The notes beneath the pieces were generated by a model. The model was not told the DNA's origin and did not search any database. It saw nothing but the letters and a program-made list of their open reading frames with translations. A program made the translations under genes and the position numbers. 64,000 bases of DNA from Botryllus schlosseri (lineage: Eukaryota): the NCBI GenBank assembly GCA_051294905.1, contig CM119385.1, positions 22,010,001-22,074,000 on the forward strand, written 5' to 3'. This document shows, in pieces, positions 48,301 through 61,282 of the stretch (its first letter is position 1; each line of letters begins with the position of its first letter).

Positions 48301-51300
48301 CGCGAGGTTTGTCTTGCAGTAACTTCAGTAGAACCACACATAAATATATAATATCAAAGAGGAAGCATTAAATGAAGTTTCCAACGTTACATTTGCGTTG
48401 CATAAATTTTTCGTGATTAAATTTTGGGTAAAGTTTGGTTTGAACGTTCACCTGTACGCAACATTTATTTTGAAGTTTTACCGGGCCGCAAGGTCAAAAA
48501 GGTTGAGAACCACTGCAGACTACACGTAATCAGAATGCGGTCTTGAATAGCAAGAAGGTTGAACACCCGATCTATTATTCATTTACTAAATAGTATAAAG
48601 TGGTGTACTATAGAATCCAGTAAGTCTCACTAGCCAATTGAACCAAGGATTCGAGACTGGTCATTTTTCGTATAGTCTAGCGTAAGATCAGCGACCGGTG
48701 TATGATGGCTTCCTGGTGTAGGTCGGAGCCCCGGCACGGTAAGCTAACTATTAACTAACTGACTAACTCTGACTCCTACCTGCTAGTTCCACATTTCCGC
48801 TGAAGCCACTGCTATCATCACCTGGAAATTGAAGTCGGATGATCAGCCAATATTCCCATGAGTGAGCCTACACCAGAAGTGGGAAAAAGCCACTGGACTG
48901 GAGAAAGTGTTGCACTCAAAGCCATTTCTCATTCCATGTCCTGATTTCTACGGTTTGGTTTCAGTGATCGCAATATCAGTAGGCTACGTCTTAAAAGCGT
49001 TGTAGTGAAAATCAGGTCCGGAACTGCCGCAACCCAAACCCCAAGTTCGAAACGGGCCCAAAATTAGTTTGTGAATTAGCATCAATTATATTGAGTATTT
49101 TTGAATATTTCTATACCTTTTTTCAAATTTTATTCGCGCCTGGCGCGATATATTATCGCTAGTTGTCTGGATATAAATATGAGTAGCTGAGTACCTCTCC
49201 CCAAGAAAAAACGCTTAATTTGTAGATATAGGTTTCGGTCATTACCGCGTCATGACGCACTAAGACGTTGACAATGACTTATCGGCTAACATGCGACTCT
49301 GCCAAGCACTATACTACCAGAAAGCTCGACGGCGAGGATCCTTGACCCAAAAGAACCCCTAATGTTGGCTGAAACCGAGAGATAGATATGTCGAATTTGC
49401 CCTTTTCGGTAGGCGCCTAATATTCTTGTCCTGGCAATCTGATACCCACATTTATTTTCTCGTGACTAGACAACAACAGTTCGTTCACCACCGATAGCGC
49501 ACTATATCGATGCGATAACGAATGACGCAGAGAGTGTCTGGGGGCGAAGTCCTACATAAGTTCATCCCCTATGGAGACCCAAGATCAGCGTGTTGGGGGG
49601 GGGGTCAGACGAAGTGCTGTTATGGTCCTGTTTGTAGTCAAAATGTAGTTAAACTTGGAGAAGAGGCCTATGGGTGGAGTCAAGAGTTCATCACATGTCA
49701 CTTTGTCATGTCTGACATTATTATCGCTCGCATCGCGACTGATACTTACTGGATTCGGTATCCATAGCAATAGTCCTGGAGCTTCGTTGCAGTAAGTTAA
49801 GCCAGATATGTGCCAACGGTTGCCACCCAATGGGCAAAAAACTTTTAAGCTAAGTAAGAATACTGTCTTCTTTTCAATGAGTTGAATACTGATACGAAAG
49901 AATGATAACAGGGGATATTGAGTAATCGATGCATTTAATGCAGAACAGGAATGAGCTGCTGTTTTGTGTCGCCTAACTGTTGGAATATTGGTTATAAGGG
50001 ACGGTGGGGCGTATCAAATGTCGACTTGTGTCATTGGGGATATGCTATAACATCCATGTTTGTACGGCTCAATCTGGTCATAATCACTGTCGTAGTTTTG
50101 CTGGTAAATAAATAAATGAGCTGCTTCACATGATATTACATACACAGGCAGCCGCGCACCGGACAACTAAATAATTTTCAGCTTTTCTAAATTATATATG
50201 AATTAGAATGGTAGCTACGCAGTTTCCCCAAACTCGATTAGAATTAGTATTATTAAACTTGAATTGAGTTCCGAATTACAGAGGAATAAAACAAAAATCA
50301 AGTTCAGAAGTGCAATTCATAATTCATTCTCATAAGCATGAGGATGACAAATGTCTGTACTCCAAGCTTGGCTCCTTTCGTACAGCGCACTTCCGTGGTA
50401 ACAAAGAAAGCCATAAATCATATCATAATTTAAATTTGAGCATGGGAACATATCACAAATTAGGTTAATATTAGATTACCGGAGGCATTTGATGCGAATT
50501 AGACAATCGAATTATGTAGTTGTCCGAGTCTGTCGCGTACTGACTTAGCCACCATCTCTGTTACCACCAATGCTTTCCTCGCGACACAGGTCACGCTGGT
50601 GTCACCTTTCTGCTATAATTCTATATAATCCATGGAATAGTAATATTCATAACGATGTTCTAATGCACTTATAACGCACCAAGCCACTGTTAAACTGGCT
50701 ACCAAACTCAGTATAGTGATATCGCGACCTTTTGCCCAATAATGCTGCCTGACGGGCAGCGGATTAAAGTTGCACCAGATATGCGGTGGGGAATTTTCGG
50801 GACGCCCGTTTGCGTAATAGAGGGTCGCGGATGTATAGCGTACGCTGTAAACGGGATATTTCAACATCCTTCTTCCAAGTAAACGTTGGTGCGTTGCGCT
50901 AACAGTGATATCCTAATATCCCTTCGCGGAACCCCAAATCTTCGCTGAGTCATACAAACGAAAATCTCCCTCACTACACAACTAATACGTTACAATAGAT
51001 TACTGGTGCTCAAAATGAGCCGTGTATCAGCAATCAACATAGTCTTAAAAGAACGAAAACATTAAAATACAATTTTAACACAAAACGGAAACATGTAAAG
51101 AATGTTTATTTTAAATTCGTGCGACTTCTGCTCTGTTCCCATTCAGACACAATTTCAAAGATGCGAGGTTTCACCTAGGAAACTGGCATCATATTGTTCG
51201 GTCGAAACGCAACAACATGATACCGATTGCTTAATTAGAAATGATCTTGTAAAAATTGGAGATATAATTGGCATCATCACTAGGGCAGGTTTTTGTTGCA

Positions 51301-51774
51301 CTAAAATGGCGAGAAACTCGGAATTATTTTGACCTAACACGATTGCAGTAAAAAGTTGCATTTTTACATATATTTTTTAAATTGTTGGGGTATGAGATGC
51401 TCGAAAGGTTCCGTTATGTAACTTAACAGTTTAAGATTTGCAAGGTGTCTGCTTTTTCCGTTTCTTTCTTTGCTATATAGTCAATCGATCGTGCATACCA
51501 GGGTTGTAACCAAGTCACAACGTTTCGAGTCACAAGTCAATCTCACTTTTGTAGTCGAGTCATTTTCAATTCTCCACCGAGTCAAGTCCGAGTCCCAGTC
51601 AGAGAGCGAAGGGTCGAGTCCGAGTCATGGTATTATGACTTGAGTCCGAGTCAAAGTCATTGTGTTGACTGCTCAGTTTCCAGTTAAAGTCTTGATAAAC
51701 CCACTTTTTATAACACTGTTTGGTGATATCGAATGGTTTGCATATATAATATACTAATTTTCCTCACTCTAAGC

Positions 51775-54296
51775 CAGAGGTCTCAAACACGCGGCCCGCC
51801 AGAGCATTTTGTGCGGCCCGCGACGACATTTTGGAATTTCATATTCAAGTGCCATATATCTATTTTAGATCACGCTAAAACTTCTGTAAAAATCCCTGAA
51901 ATCTAAACAAACTTCACTATCACATCACTTTTAAAAGCTACCATGCGGTAGAAGCTAGAAGATCAGCTATTACGTCACATTTCAAGTTCATTACGATAAA
52001 ACGAGACCCGTTGATGATTCGTGACTGAAAATTGTGATTTGGTTTGGTGCGACCTTATCGTAAAATTTCTCGATTTCGGATTATCTCTCTGATTAAATAA
52101 AAATGACTCGAGTTGAGTCGGGTCAAACGTTAAAATCAGAGGACTTGCGACTCGGAACGGTGACTTGGTAAACCTACGAACGCAACAATCTATGAATCTG
52201 TCATGGGAATAGCAATATGTCAAAAGGTCGTAGCTTGCGTTGCGTAGTGTTTATAGCTATCAAATCAGGTCAGTATGGCGACCATTGGTATTTTCCAACC
52301 CCCGTGATGTATAGTTACATGCTGGGTGCTGTTTGTTCTCATTATCCATGTTATTATCGGTGGCGAGTAAGGTACTATCACGCTCTACAGCTGTAATACC
52401 AAGGAATTCTTCGCCGATTGGACATTTCTGTTCCAAGAGTTCTTAACCAGGGTGCGTAGACCCCATCGGGGTACGAACCACCACATCAGGGTGTACGAGC
52501 TGCATTGTGGAATTAGGCCTATATGCTGTGGAATATTTTCTTGGTCAATTTATTCAACTGGAAAATAGTCTTCCTGCTACGCGCGATTTTATGTGAATGG
52601 GCTTTCTGATCCTAATATAGGTACCATCAGAAATTGAGTTGAAAATGGACAGGGCTACGAGAAATCTTATTGGAAGCACAAGGTATAGCCTACCATCGAT
52701 AAAAAGGTTAAGAACCAATGCTATTACAATGACTCAATAATGATTATATTTAAGTGGTTATTAGGGATGGTGTGAACGTGAGGTTCACGTTCGCGTTCTG
52801 TGTGTGAACCTCGGAAATTTAGAAGTTCGCGTTCACAACAGAACCTTGGTAGGTTCTGCACTGTGAACCTTTTTGTAAATTGTAATTTTCACTCCATTAT
52901 AATCTTTGGCTCAAATTTATTGCATTTCATCTGCGGGCCACTCCATGCATGGTGCTGGCAGCATAAAAAATCAACACTAAACGAGCATGTACCATGCACC
53001 TCGACAACCTTAAAAGTTTTACTTGCTTTGTTGCAAAATTTTCTCGGAATATCCAGCTTTCCGTTTGTGAATATTTAGTGACTCTCTGCTGTGAGCTTGA
53101 CCCGCAATCACACAACATCACGAACACGAGCGATATACGTAGTCAGCGAATGATGCTTATTCAACCAATCAATGACATTGATATCGTCTTATGATGTAAA
53201 AATCGAACGGTCGTACGGGGTCAGTCTTGACTTCATATCTTTACCGTATCATTAAAACCAAATCCGTGCGATTAAGGTGCTTGCTACTGCTGCATAACTT
53301 GTTGTTTGTGATATCGGTAGCGAGTATAGAAACCCGTTGCACACTCTGCTCAATATCAATGTAGCAATACTCAGACTCCGAACACATTGTCCGGTCTGGC
53401 TAAGACCGTTAAGGCGTAAGCTTATATTCCTTGGTAAGTCCTCGTCGAAATTGTTGGCAAAGCGACGGAATGTACTGATTTTATGCAATTATCATATCCT
53501 TTGATTACCGCGGTTGATACATTTAGCGACGTTTAAAACGCCGATATGTACTTCAACATTGTGGCATTATGTGGACCGAATCTTCGCTAGGTATCGTGTA
53601 CATTAATATAGGGCATAGGCTATCACTTCATTGAAAGATAGGGTTGGGATTAGTAATATGACGTCACGTGACGTCACGAGGTTCACGTTCGTGTTCACAC
53701 AGAACCTTTCAAAAAGGTTCGCGTTCACACGAACCTGAACCTTTCAGAGGTTCACACCATCCCTAGTTGTTATTGATATGTTCCAATAATAATAGAAGGC
53801 ATAATCTAACGCTGATTTAATTTGACTTTGGCAATGACAGTAACTGCACGACTATATCAAAACCAGAATTAGGCTACACCGTTCAAACACTATGATATTA
53901 GATCAATCGTCAGTAAATTTAACTTATTCTACATAAAATTGTGGCATGTTAAGGGTTCACTAGTTGCAATATTATAACTCGACAGTTTTACGATGTCACG
54001 ATGCATCCTCTCGCATGATGTCTATAATTCATTAATTAAAAAAATTATGCCAGGCACAAAAACAATTATATTCAAATATTTGAAAATGTGAGTTTTTCGT
54101 GTCAAGCGGGAATAGTAAAATAGCAAATTAGGCTACATTTCCAAGATGTTTGTGGAATGCCTGTCTGCAAGGTCCGGTCAAATATGGCCTAGTTGGAAAT
54201 TATACATTGAATAACCCTATTATTGATGCTGCGGCCCGCGACGTCATCGAAAACTAGGAAATTGGCCCGCGAACACATTTGAGTTTGAGACCTCTG
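51775..54296. mobile_element. Middle hAT (Buster-type) element of the nested stack
   Basis: TIR cagaggtctcaaac/gtttgagacctctg; perfect TSD ctctaagc (51767-51774, 54297-54304). Confidence 0.9.
52762..53765. mobile_element. Inner hAT element of the nested stack, 1004 bp
   Basis: Perfect 16-bp TIR tagggatggtgtgaac; TSD gtggttat/gttgttat (7/8). Confidence 0.88.
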
Positions 54297-56434
54297 CTCT
54301 AAGCAGTTTCTAGTCTCATTTTCAAGTAGGCTACCAGTATCAATAGACGAAATCCCAATAGTGTGGTTACTTTACCATTCTTCAAAATTACAATGAAATA
54401 TCGGTCTTGGCCGTCGAAGTCTCGAGTCATATGACTTGCTTCGAGTCATGCAAAATGACTCGAGTCCAAGTCGAGAAAATACGCAAATTGACTCGAGTCG
54501 AGTTACTTCCGTATTTTGACAAAATGACTCGAGTCAAGTCGGGTTATCAGAAAATCGTGAGTCGACTCGGACTCGAGTCATTATAACCCTGATGCATACA
54601 CTTTTATGTTCCGTTTAGCTTTGAAACTGACATGACACCATTACGCTGTCAGCTCCCGCAGAGCTGTCAAATTAGGTAGGCTACTTTTTCATTTCACGAA
54701 CGGTCCGGCGAGACCGCCGAAAACTACATTTTTCGCCAGTGTGCAGTGAGAAAATACGGCGCAATGAGGAAATAATTTCCCCCGAAACCCAAACAGCATA
54801 GCGATAATCCACCCCTCCCTCCCACAAACAAGTAAAATACCACACCCCGAACCCCTAGGTCTGCAAACTTGACCCGAAGCATTGCAGTAAAACTCAGTTT
54901 TGTCGATTTCACCAAAATCAATAGACTGAAAAAGTTGACTAAGTGAAAATGTAATTTTCGGCAGTCTCGGGTGGGCGTCTGTGAAATGGGAAACTCATTT
55001 TTTACCATTTTAACGTCAGAGAAATATTCAAGCAATATATTTACATAGTTCGGGTACGGTCGTGCTTGGCTGCGATAGTTCAATTACTAGCTTGCAAGTC
55101 ATTTTGTCGTATAAATAATATCGAGATGCAGCTAATCCATCACATAGATATTTGTTATAAGAGAATAGAACCATACTAGAAAAAGTTGTATGACATGTAT
55201 TCTAAATCACTCTTGTACATTTTGCGCAATATTTGATAAAAAGTTGCAGTAGAAATAACAATTTTGCTGTGTTACTGAAATTTTGGGAATTTGCTCCAAT
55301 CTCGCAATTTTCCCGAGGAGCAGGTCGCTCCTTGGATTATGTGTGTATTTAGCAGTTTAACTGTCAATAAAGAAGTTAATATTACGGCCCAATAACGTGC
55401 AGGAACCTGGTAAACTCATCCGATCACTTTGACTTCTTGCACTGATTTCATTCGTTGCATCGAAATTTCGCGTTGTTTTGAACTGATACAAACAAGGGAC
55501 TCTTGGAGGTACAGGAGTCCATTGTCCCTTTAATTTTTCACGAGTCTGCGCACACTTACCAACTAACTGTGCAGACCCTTGGACGACGGTGCGTAACGAC
55601 TAAAATAAAATAAAAAAGTCATCGCTTCGGAGATTTGCTGTGCGCAGAGACAGTGTCAGCATTGCGCATTTGCGCACGTGCGCAGCTTAGAGAGAACACT
55701 GTACAGGACTTCCATATACAAGTGAATTATACATTCATATTGAAATAAACCCGATTATTTTCGGCTGACACTCGTCAGGAGGGATCATCTTCAACTGGAA
55801 GAGAATTGGAAAGAAAGGGTTGATTAACATTACAAATAATTCGAACTTGAATATAAACCTGGGGTTACCAACCTGTGGGCCTCTTTCAGGGACCATGAAA
55901 ATCAAAAAATGACAATTAATTAAATTTATAATCTCTATGTTCACTTCACTATAACTGTATACACCAATTTATTAATTAAAATGATGTTTTAAAAAAATTG
56001 TCGAAGGTTTAAAAGTAACAGGGTGCCATTCACATTTTTTCTATTTTCAAAGGAAGCCACGGTGTAAAAAGGTTGGGAACGCCTGAAGTTTGAATAGAGG
56101 TTCAAGGAGCATTTCTTCCAGCGTACCATAAAGTGCTTTTACGTGACGCACAGAGGAAGGAATATATCATGGTCGATGCTGTCTCGATGATCCTATATTA
56201 CGCCCTTTCGTGTTAACCTCAGTGGTTATTAGCTGATTGTCACATGATTTAGAATTTACAGCAACTTCCTAAAGATCCAAATACTGTGAATCGCAGATAG
56301 TTTACCAATAGATTTATTGCACTAAAAAAGCTATACGGTATTTTATATCAGTCCGGACACTGCGTATTCTCCCAGCATCAGCGTCGTGTCGTCATTGACG
56401 TCTTCAAGATGAACCTTCTCGCAGGATATTCCTC

Positions 56435-59400
56435 TCAGGCGTACCATCTGTCCCGACGAACATCGTCAATTAGGTACTGTACTTTGTTGTATCTCTGATA
56501 ACGATATCGCTTAAATCCTTCGCGTAAGTTACTCGTTACGAGATACAGAGTCGCTACCACGATCAGTATACCGAATAATAAAAACGTTAACGGGATTCCA
56601 GTGTTCCCCTCGTTCAAACTTCTGGCTTGTTCGTGATCTGATAGTGTTGTGTTGGTACCTTGACTTCCTTCTCGTTTAGGAATCGCATCTGAGGTAGTAT
56701 TGGTTGACAGTGGTTGAATAGGTCGTAGGTGTTTTGCTGTGGTAGTCTTAGCCGAATTCAATTCTTTAGAATCGTCCAAAACCAGTGTGTTGAATACGGG
56801 GCCTGTTGCCGGTACCGTTTTCGTGGTTGCGTTTGATTTTGATGCTTGTGCGTGAATGGACGGCTCCAAAGGTAACTTATCAGCAGGTTTACTTGATTTC
56901 AAAGGCGGTGATGAAACTTTGGATGGTATATCATGGATAGTAGTTGTTTTCACTGTAGTAGGAGATGTGGCTGCAGATACAGGAGATTTTAGGCTAGTTT
57001 TCTCAGTGTGCGGTGAAGACGTAGTCGTTGATGCGGCAGTTAGTGGTGCAGATGTGGTTGTTGTGGTTGTAGATACTGTCGATTTTAGGCTAGTTTTATC
57101 TGTTTGCGGTGAAGACATAGTCGTTGATGTGGTAGTTAGTGGGACAGATGTGGTTGTAGGAGCAGGTGGTGTGGGTGTAGTAGTATATGGTGTAGATGTG
57201 ATAGTTGTCCGTGTAGATGTGGTAGCTGCTGATGTGGATGTGGTAGTTGTATGTGTAGATGTGGTCGTCGGTAGTGTAGAAGTCGCCGTTTTAGTTGTAG
57301 ACTTGACCGTAGTCGGTGTGACTCTAGCCGTGGTTGAAGTTGTTATCGTTGGTAGCTGAGTTGTAGTTTTAATAGTAGATGGTGCCTTGGTAGTTGTCGG
57401 TGTACTTTCCGGTGTATTGATTGGTTCCGGCGATACGGTAGGCCTGTACAGGATGTAGACATATGAGCCTTTGCTGTCTTTGGTCGGGCATTCGCCATCG
57501 CAAGCGTAGTGGAGACATTGAGAGTTTTGCAGAGTAAACGTCACGGTCGAACATGATTCTAGAAATAATAAGCTGTCACGAATTTGATAAAGCAAAATAT
57601 TCGATAGAGCTAGATGTCTACGGGTTACTGCTGAACCTGACGAACAAGGTCGTATTCATAGCACGGATAGTACGTCTTCATTTTTGCGTCGGTTTATACG
57701 ACCATTGGTTATCAATTGATCGTTTTGCGAAGCATACTTGTGCGCTGGATAACGGTCAAATAAAATTTCTTGTAAATTAAGATTCTACTCATTAGTTGTA
57801 TCGGCGCTATGTAACCGCGAAGACGCGAACCAAAATTTATTTCCTCTCTCTCTCTCTCCCTCTCTCTCTCTCTCCCAAACACAATTGCCCCTTTAACGTG
57901 CTATTATGTGATATAACTGGCATTATAGGCACTCTATGATTAGATTTGACAAGATGCAGTTTGCAATTTAAAATGAAAGCGTGAAGAAACCAAACATTTC
58001 TATCACCTATGTGCCAAATTTTTAGTTTATATTTAAAAGTATTCGCAATGACTTACCTATAATATGGAGCTTTGTGTGTGCAAAATAAATACCAAATTAG
58101 ATTCACCACTAACCAGACATGGAAATAATCTGTTCCCCAATGAATAATCGTCAAATCATAGCAGCTTGTTTTATTTATATATTTGTTCTTTATATGAAGA
58201 CGCAGGCCTATAGGTCCAGGTCGTACTCGAAGCGCCCGTATTTCGGACCGTACTTTTCCAAAATCGAGACCTGACGTCCCAAATACCCTGTTATCCTACC
58301 GGGTGGGCCTTTCGGGGCCTACGATAGGCCTCGGGTCATTCTATGCTTGATTCAGTTCAAGGGAAATGGATATGAGACGGTGAGTCAATATGAAACCTTA
58401 GACTTGTGAAATTCGCTTTAAGGTGCCAACTATACAAGCCCTTATCAACTTCGATTCCCTCACATCCCTGTATATAGTTGAAATCCACTGGAACCGGTTA
58501 GCTCATGGCAATAATATAATCAGTTAGAATGATATTGTTTGGTATATGGCGCATACTAAACGAAGATTCGATGTATAATCTACTTCGAAAATTGCGTGTA
58601 TGCTCTGTTTGGCGATCGTGTTCTCAAATCAAATAACGTTTATCATAACATCCTGATGATATCCCGATTCAAATTGTAGCGGTATTCAACACGTCTAGCA
58701 TTGTTTCAGAGTTTCCAGAGCTGCTTTAGCCGTCGATCCATTATACAATTGTATAGGAAATGATGGTATATAACACGATGTATAATGCACCGTTTCTGAT
58801 AAAAATTATGATGCAATGTGAAGTTGAACATGCGCACTGCGCAGTGCAAATCATGTTAAATATAGCAGAACGATCAGCTTTATCCATGGGTAATCTACTG
58901 TCGCACCTTGGTATAGTCTTCGAAAGTTCGCAGTGCAAATTCTAGGTCTTGATCTACTTATAGCGCTGTGTCAACGTATTCAAACATCTTTATAAAGAAT
59001 AGATTTCGCATCAGTATAGTCAGTGGAAACTGCCTTCGACTCGCTCTCCTACCTTGGAACTAAGATTTAAGGAACTAACAAGAGATAAAAATGCCAACCA
59101 TTCCCCAGTTGTGACTAAAAGAACAGTATATACATTTCGCTTATTGCTTTTACTAATACCACCTCGCCGGATTTTGCATATGTTATACCGTATTAGTGGT
59201 ATTACATTCGTACGACTGTAAGTAATTTCATGTGCGTTTTAACGGACTTGAACAAATTCTCAACTTTTGTAACTGAACCATTGCTAAAATTAGTTGAGCA
59301 TCCCTGCTTATCTTATCAAGCAGGTATCAAGTATACGGACGCTGGTGCATGCCAGTAAACAATTCATACCGAAAGCACATATGTATAAAGTTACATATAT

Positions 59401-60262
59401 ATAAATTGATACAATGTTACATTTATAATTGATACAATGGCTACGCATATAAAACTGATCTAGCGGGATTTACTTGGCTATTGTAAATAGATAGTTAGTT
59501 GGTCAAGTATACGGAGGTAGCTATACATGCCAGTAAATTATTCCCATCGAAAGCACCCCGTATAATTATACGAATTGATACAATGTTTGCATGTATATAA
59601 CATGATAACATGAATACAAGTATATATGTTGCATATATATATATAACTAAACAAGCCATTTGGGGTAGAGATATTCAGAAGAATGCGAAACAATAACTTC
59701 ATATTGTTAATTTATTCGCTAAAAGCTTTTCGACTGACTCTGATCAGTAGCTAATGTCAGTAATAGGGTGAATCAAATTCGCTCCGCGATATATATAACT
59801 TCCTACAATGGTTATAAATGTGTGTGTTATATACATATAGCTTGCTAAGATGGCAGTAATAGGGTGAGTTAAATTCATTCCGCGATATATAGAACGTCCT
59901 GCAATGGTTATAAATGTATGTGTTATATACATATAACTTGCTAGGTAGAATGATTATTGGTTATAAATGTATTACATTTTGTTACACATAGATAACTTGA
60001 AGCAGTGGTTTGTGTGCGTAATATATAATAATTCAGATCGGAACACACCTGTCTTACAGCAGTCTTTCAGACATTGTAACGGAGACGGGGCACTGTAAGT
60101 CTTGATCAGAGTCACCCCTTCCGTAACGACAAATCCGAATTCGTCGTAATCAACATCTTTGTTGAACTTCAAGTCCGCTGTGCAGTCCCCGGCTGTTAAC
60201 GACGACCCTGCAGCAAGCCGTAAAACGACCAAAACGTTCACTACAATTTCAACATTCCTCAT
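56435..60262 (-). CDS. MANSC(MANEC)-domain, Thr-rich mucin-like type I membrane protein (MANSC1/C11orf24-like), 445 aa, 2 coding exons
   Basis: Exon 1 is 60262-60049 (signal peptide, …CLKDCCKT, G|gtgtgt). Exon 2 is 57558-56435 (tattatttctag acceptor, phase 1). The joined N-terminal domain has 8 Cys (C..C.CC..C..C..C..C), then a ~250-aa Thr/Ser/Pro stalk, TM PLTFLLFGILIVVATLYLV, and tail RYNKVQYLIDD resembling the recalled MANSC1/C11orf24 Y-x-x-[LV]-D-YLING motif. Confidence 0.85.
57843..57876 (+). repeat. (CT)n microsatellite in the MANSC gene intron
   Basis: Direct reading of the sequence. Confidence 0.85.
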
Positions 60263-60634
60263 TACTTCGCCAAGACTTAACCGTTACGCATAGCACTTGG
60301 TCGCTGAAGTAATCTCGACCACGAATAAATAGAAAGTCGATTCGCGTACGAACAATGAAGCCGTGGTGTTGTGTCAAGCCTATTTCTTCACGAACTTGTC
60401 GATGCGGAACGTATTTGCTTGACGTTGTCGTTTATGTGCGAATAATAATAATTCAATCATGACGAATGCCATAGGGAAGTCATAGTTCCAATGGGACTGG
60501 ACAAAGCTGGATTATTGCTTCCTGGTTTCTGACCACTGTTCGAAGAATCGCTGTTGAACAAAGTCTCGTGTTTATTCAATCAAGGGCACCGAGCTTCCAA
60601 CTGCAGACTTGGACGATTAGATGTTATTAATTGG

Positions 60635-61258
60635 TCGCGGGCCACTTTTCAATTTCGTGGAGGCCGCGGGCCACATGAATTCGATATCGAGATAAAATAG
60701 GACACACAGTTTAACGACCACGTTTTTATAGCGCCGCGTCAGTACAATGCTGTGCTCTCTGACATGGTGGCCGGGTACATGTTACCACAAAAGAAATAAA
60801 ATATCTTGATCATCACGTTCATTATATTTTGAACTATGAGCTGCGCGCGATGCCTGACAATACTTTTCAGCGACTAAAGAATCTATATTGGGGTTACCTA
60901 TAGACACGGTATTTGCTGGAAAACTATCTGCTCGTAAAGCTTGATGTTGTGGGGAAGCCATATGCGGGTTTCTAAGCGTCTCGCTCTTGGGTCCAATGCT
61001 TGTCAATTTCAAGGCAATATGCCCTTAATATCAGCTGATTCTTCCTCCACGGAATGCTATTACCATCGTCAAAGCCGTATCAGCTATAGTGAGGAAAAGT
61101 GAAGTTGGGAACAGGAGAAGAGCTTATTTTGAACAACAACAACGATATATTAAACCTAATTTCAGCATTTCAAAATGCTGTACCAAGCGTTCTTCGGAAA
61201 TCTCAAATCAAGTCGCGGGCAAAATATAACCTCGCGGGCCGCGTGTTGGTGACCCCTG
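60635..61258. mobile_element. hAT MITE remnant (cgcgggcc subterminal motifs, right end …ggtgacccctg)
   Basis: Right terminus and subterminal gcgggcc motifs resemble other Buster-type copies here; left TIR not found. Confidence 0.5.
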
Positions 61259-61282
61259 ACTGACATTCATAGCACTGTGCAG

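Larger units (their letters stand above)
41171..49010. repeat. Tandem segmental triplication: unit A 41171-46066, unit B 46067-48586 (~2.5 kb), partial diverged unit C 48587-~49010
   Basis: Unit start taaatagtata at 41171, 46067, 48587; A equals B plus two insertions; identical short ORFs recur at a 3460-bp offset. Confidence 0.9.
51499..54591. mobile_element. Outer hAT element of a nested stack (gactcgagtc-rich ends)
   Basis: TIR cagggttgtaa/ttataaccctg; TSD gtgcatac/atgcatac (7/8). Confidence 0.8.

Noticed and set aside
56856-57359. 167-aa Val-rich + strand ORF
   Set aside because: Antisense shadow of the Thr-rich (ACN) mucin codons on the minus strand.
58283-58298. Near match to an I-SceI-type/LSU motif (ataccctgttatccta)
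   Set aside because: Short imperfect match with no flanking rRNA similarity; chance is sufficient.
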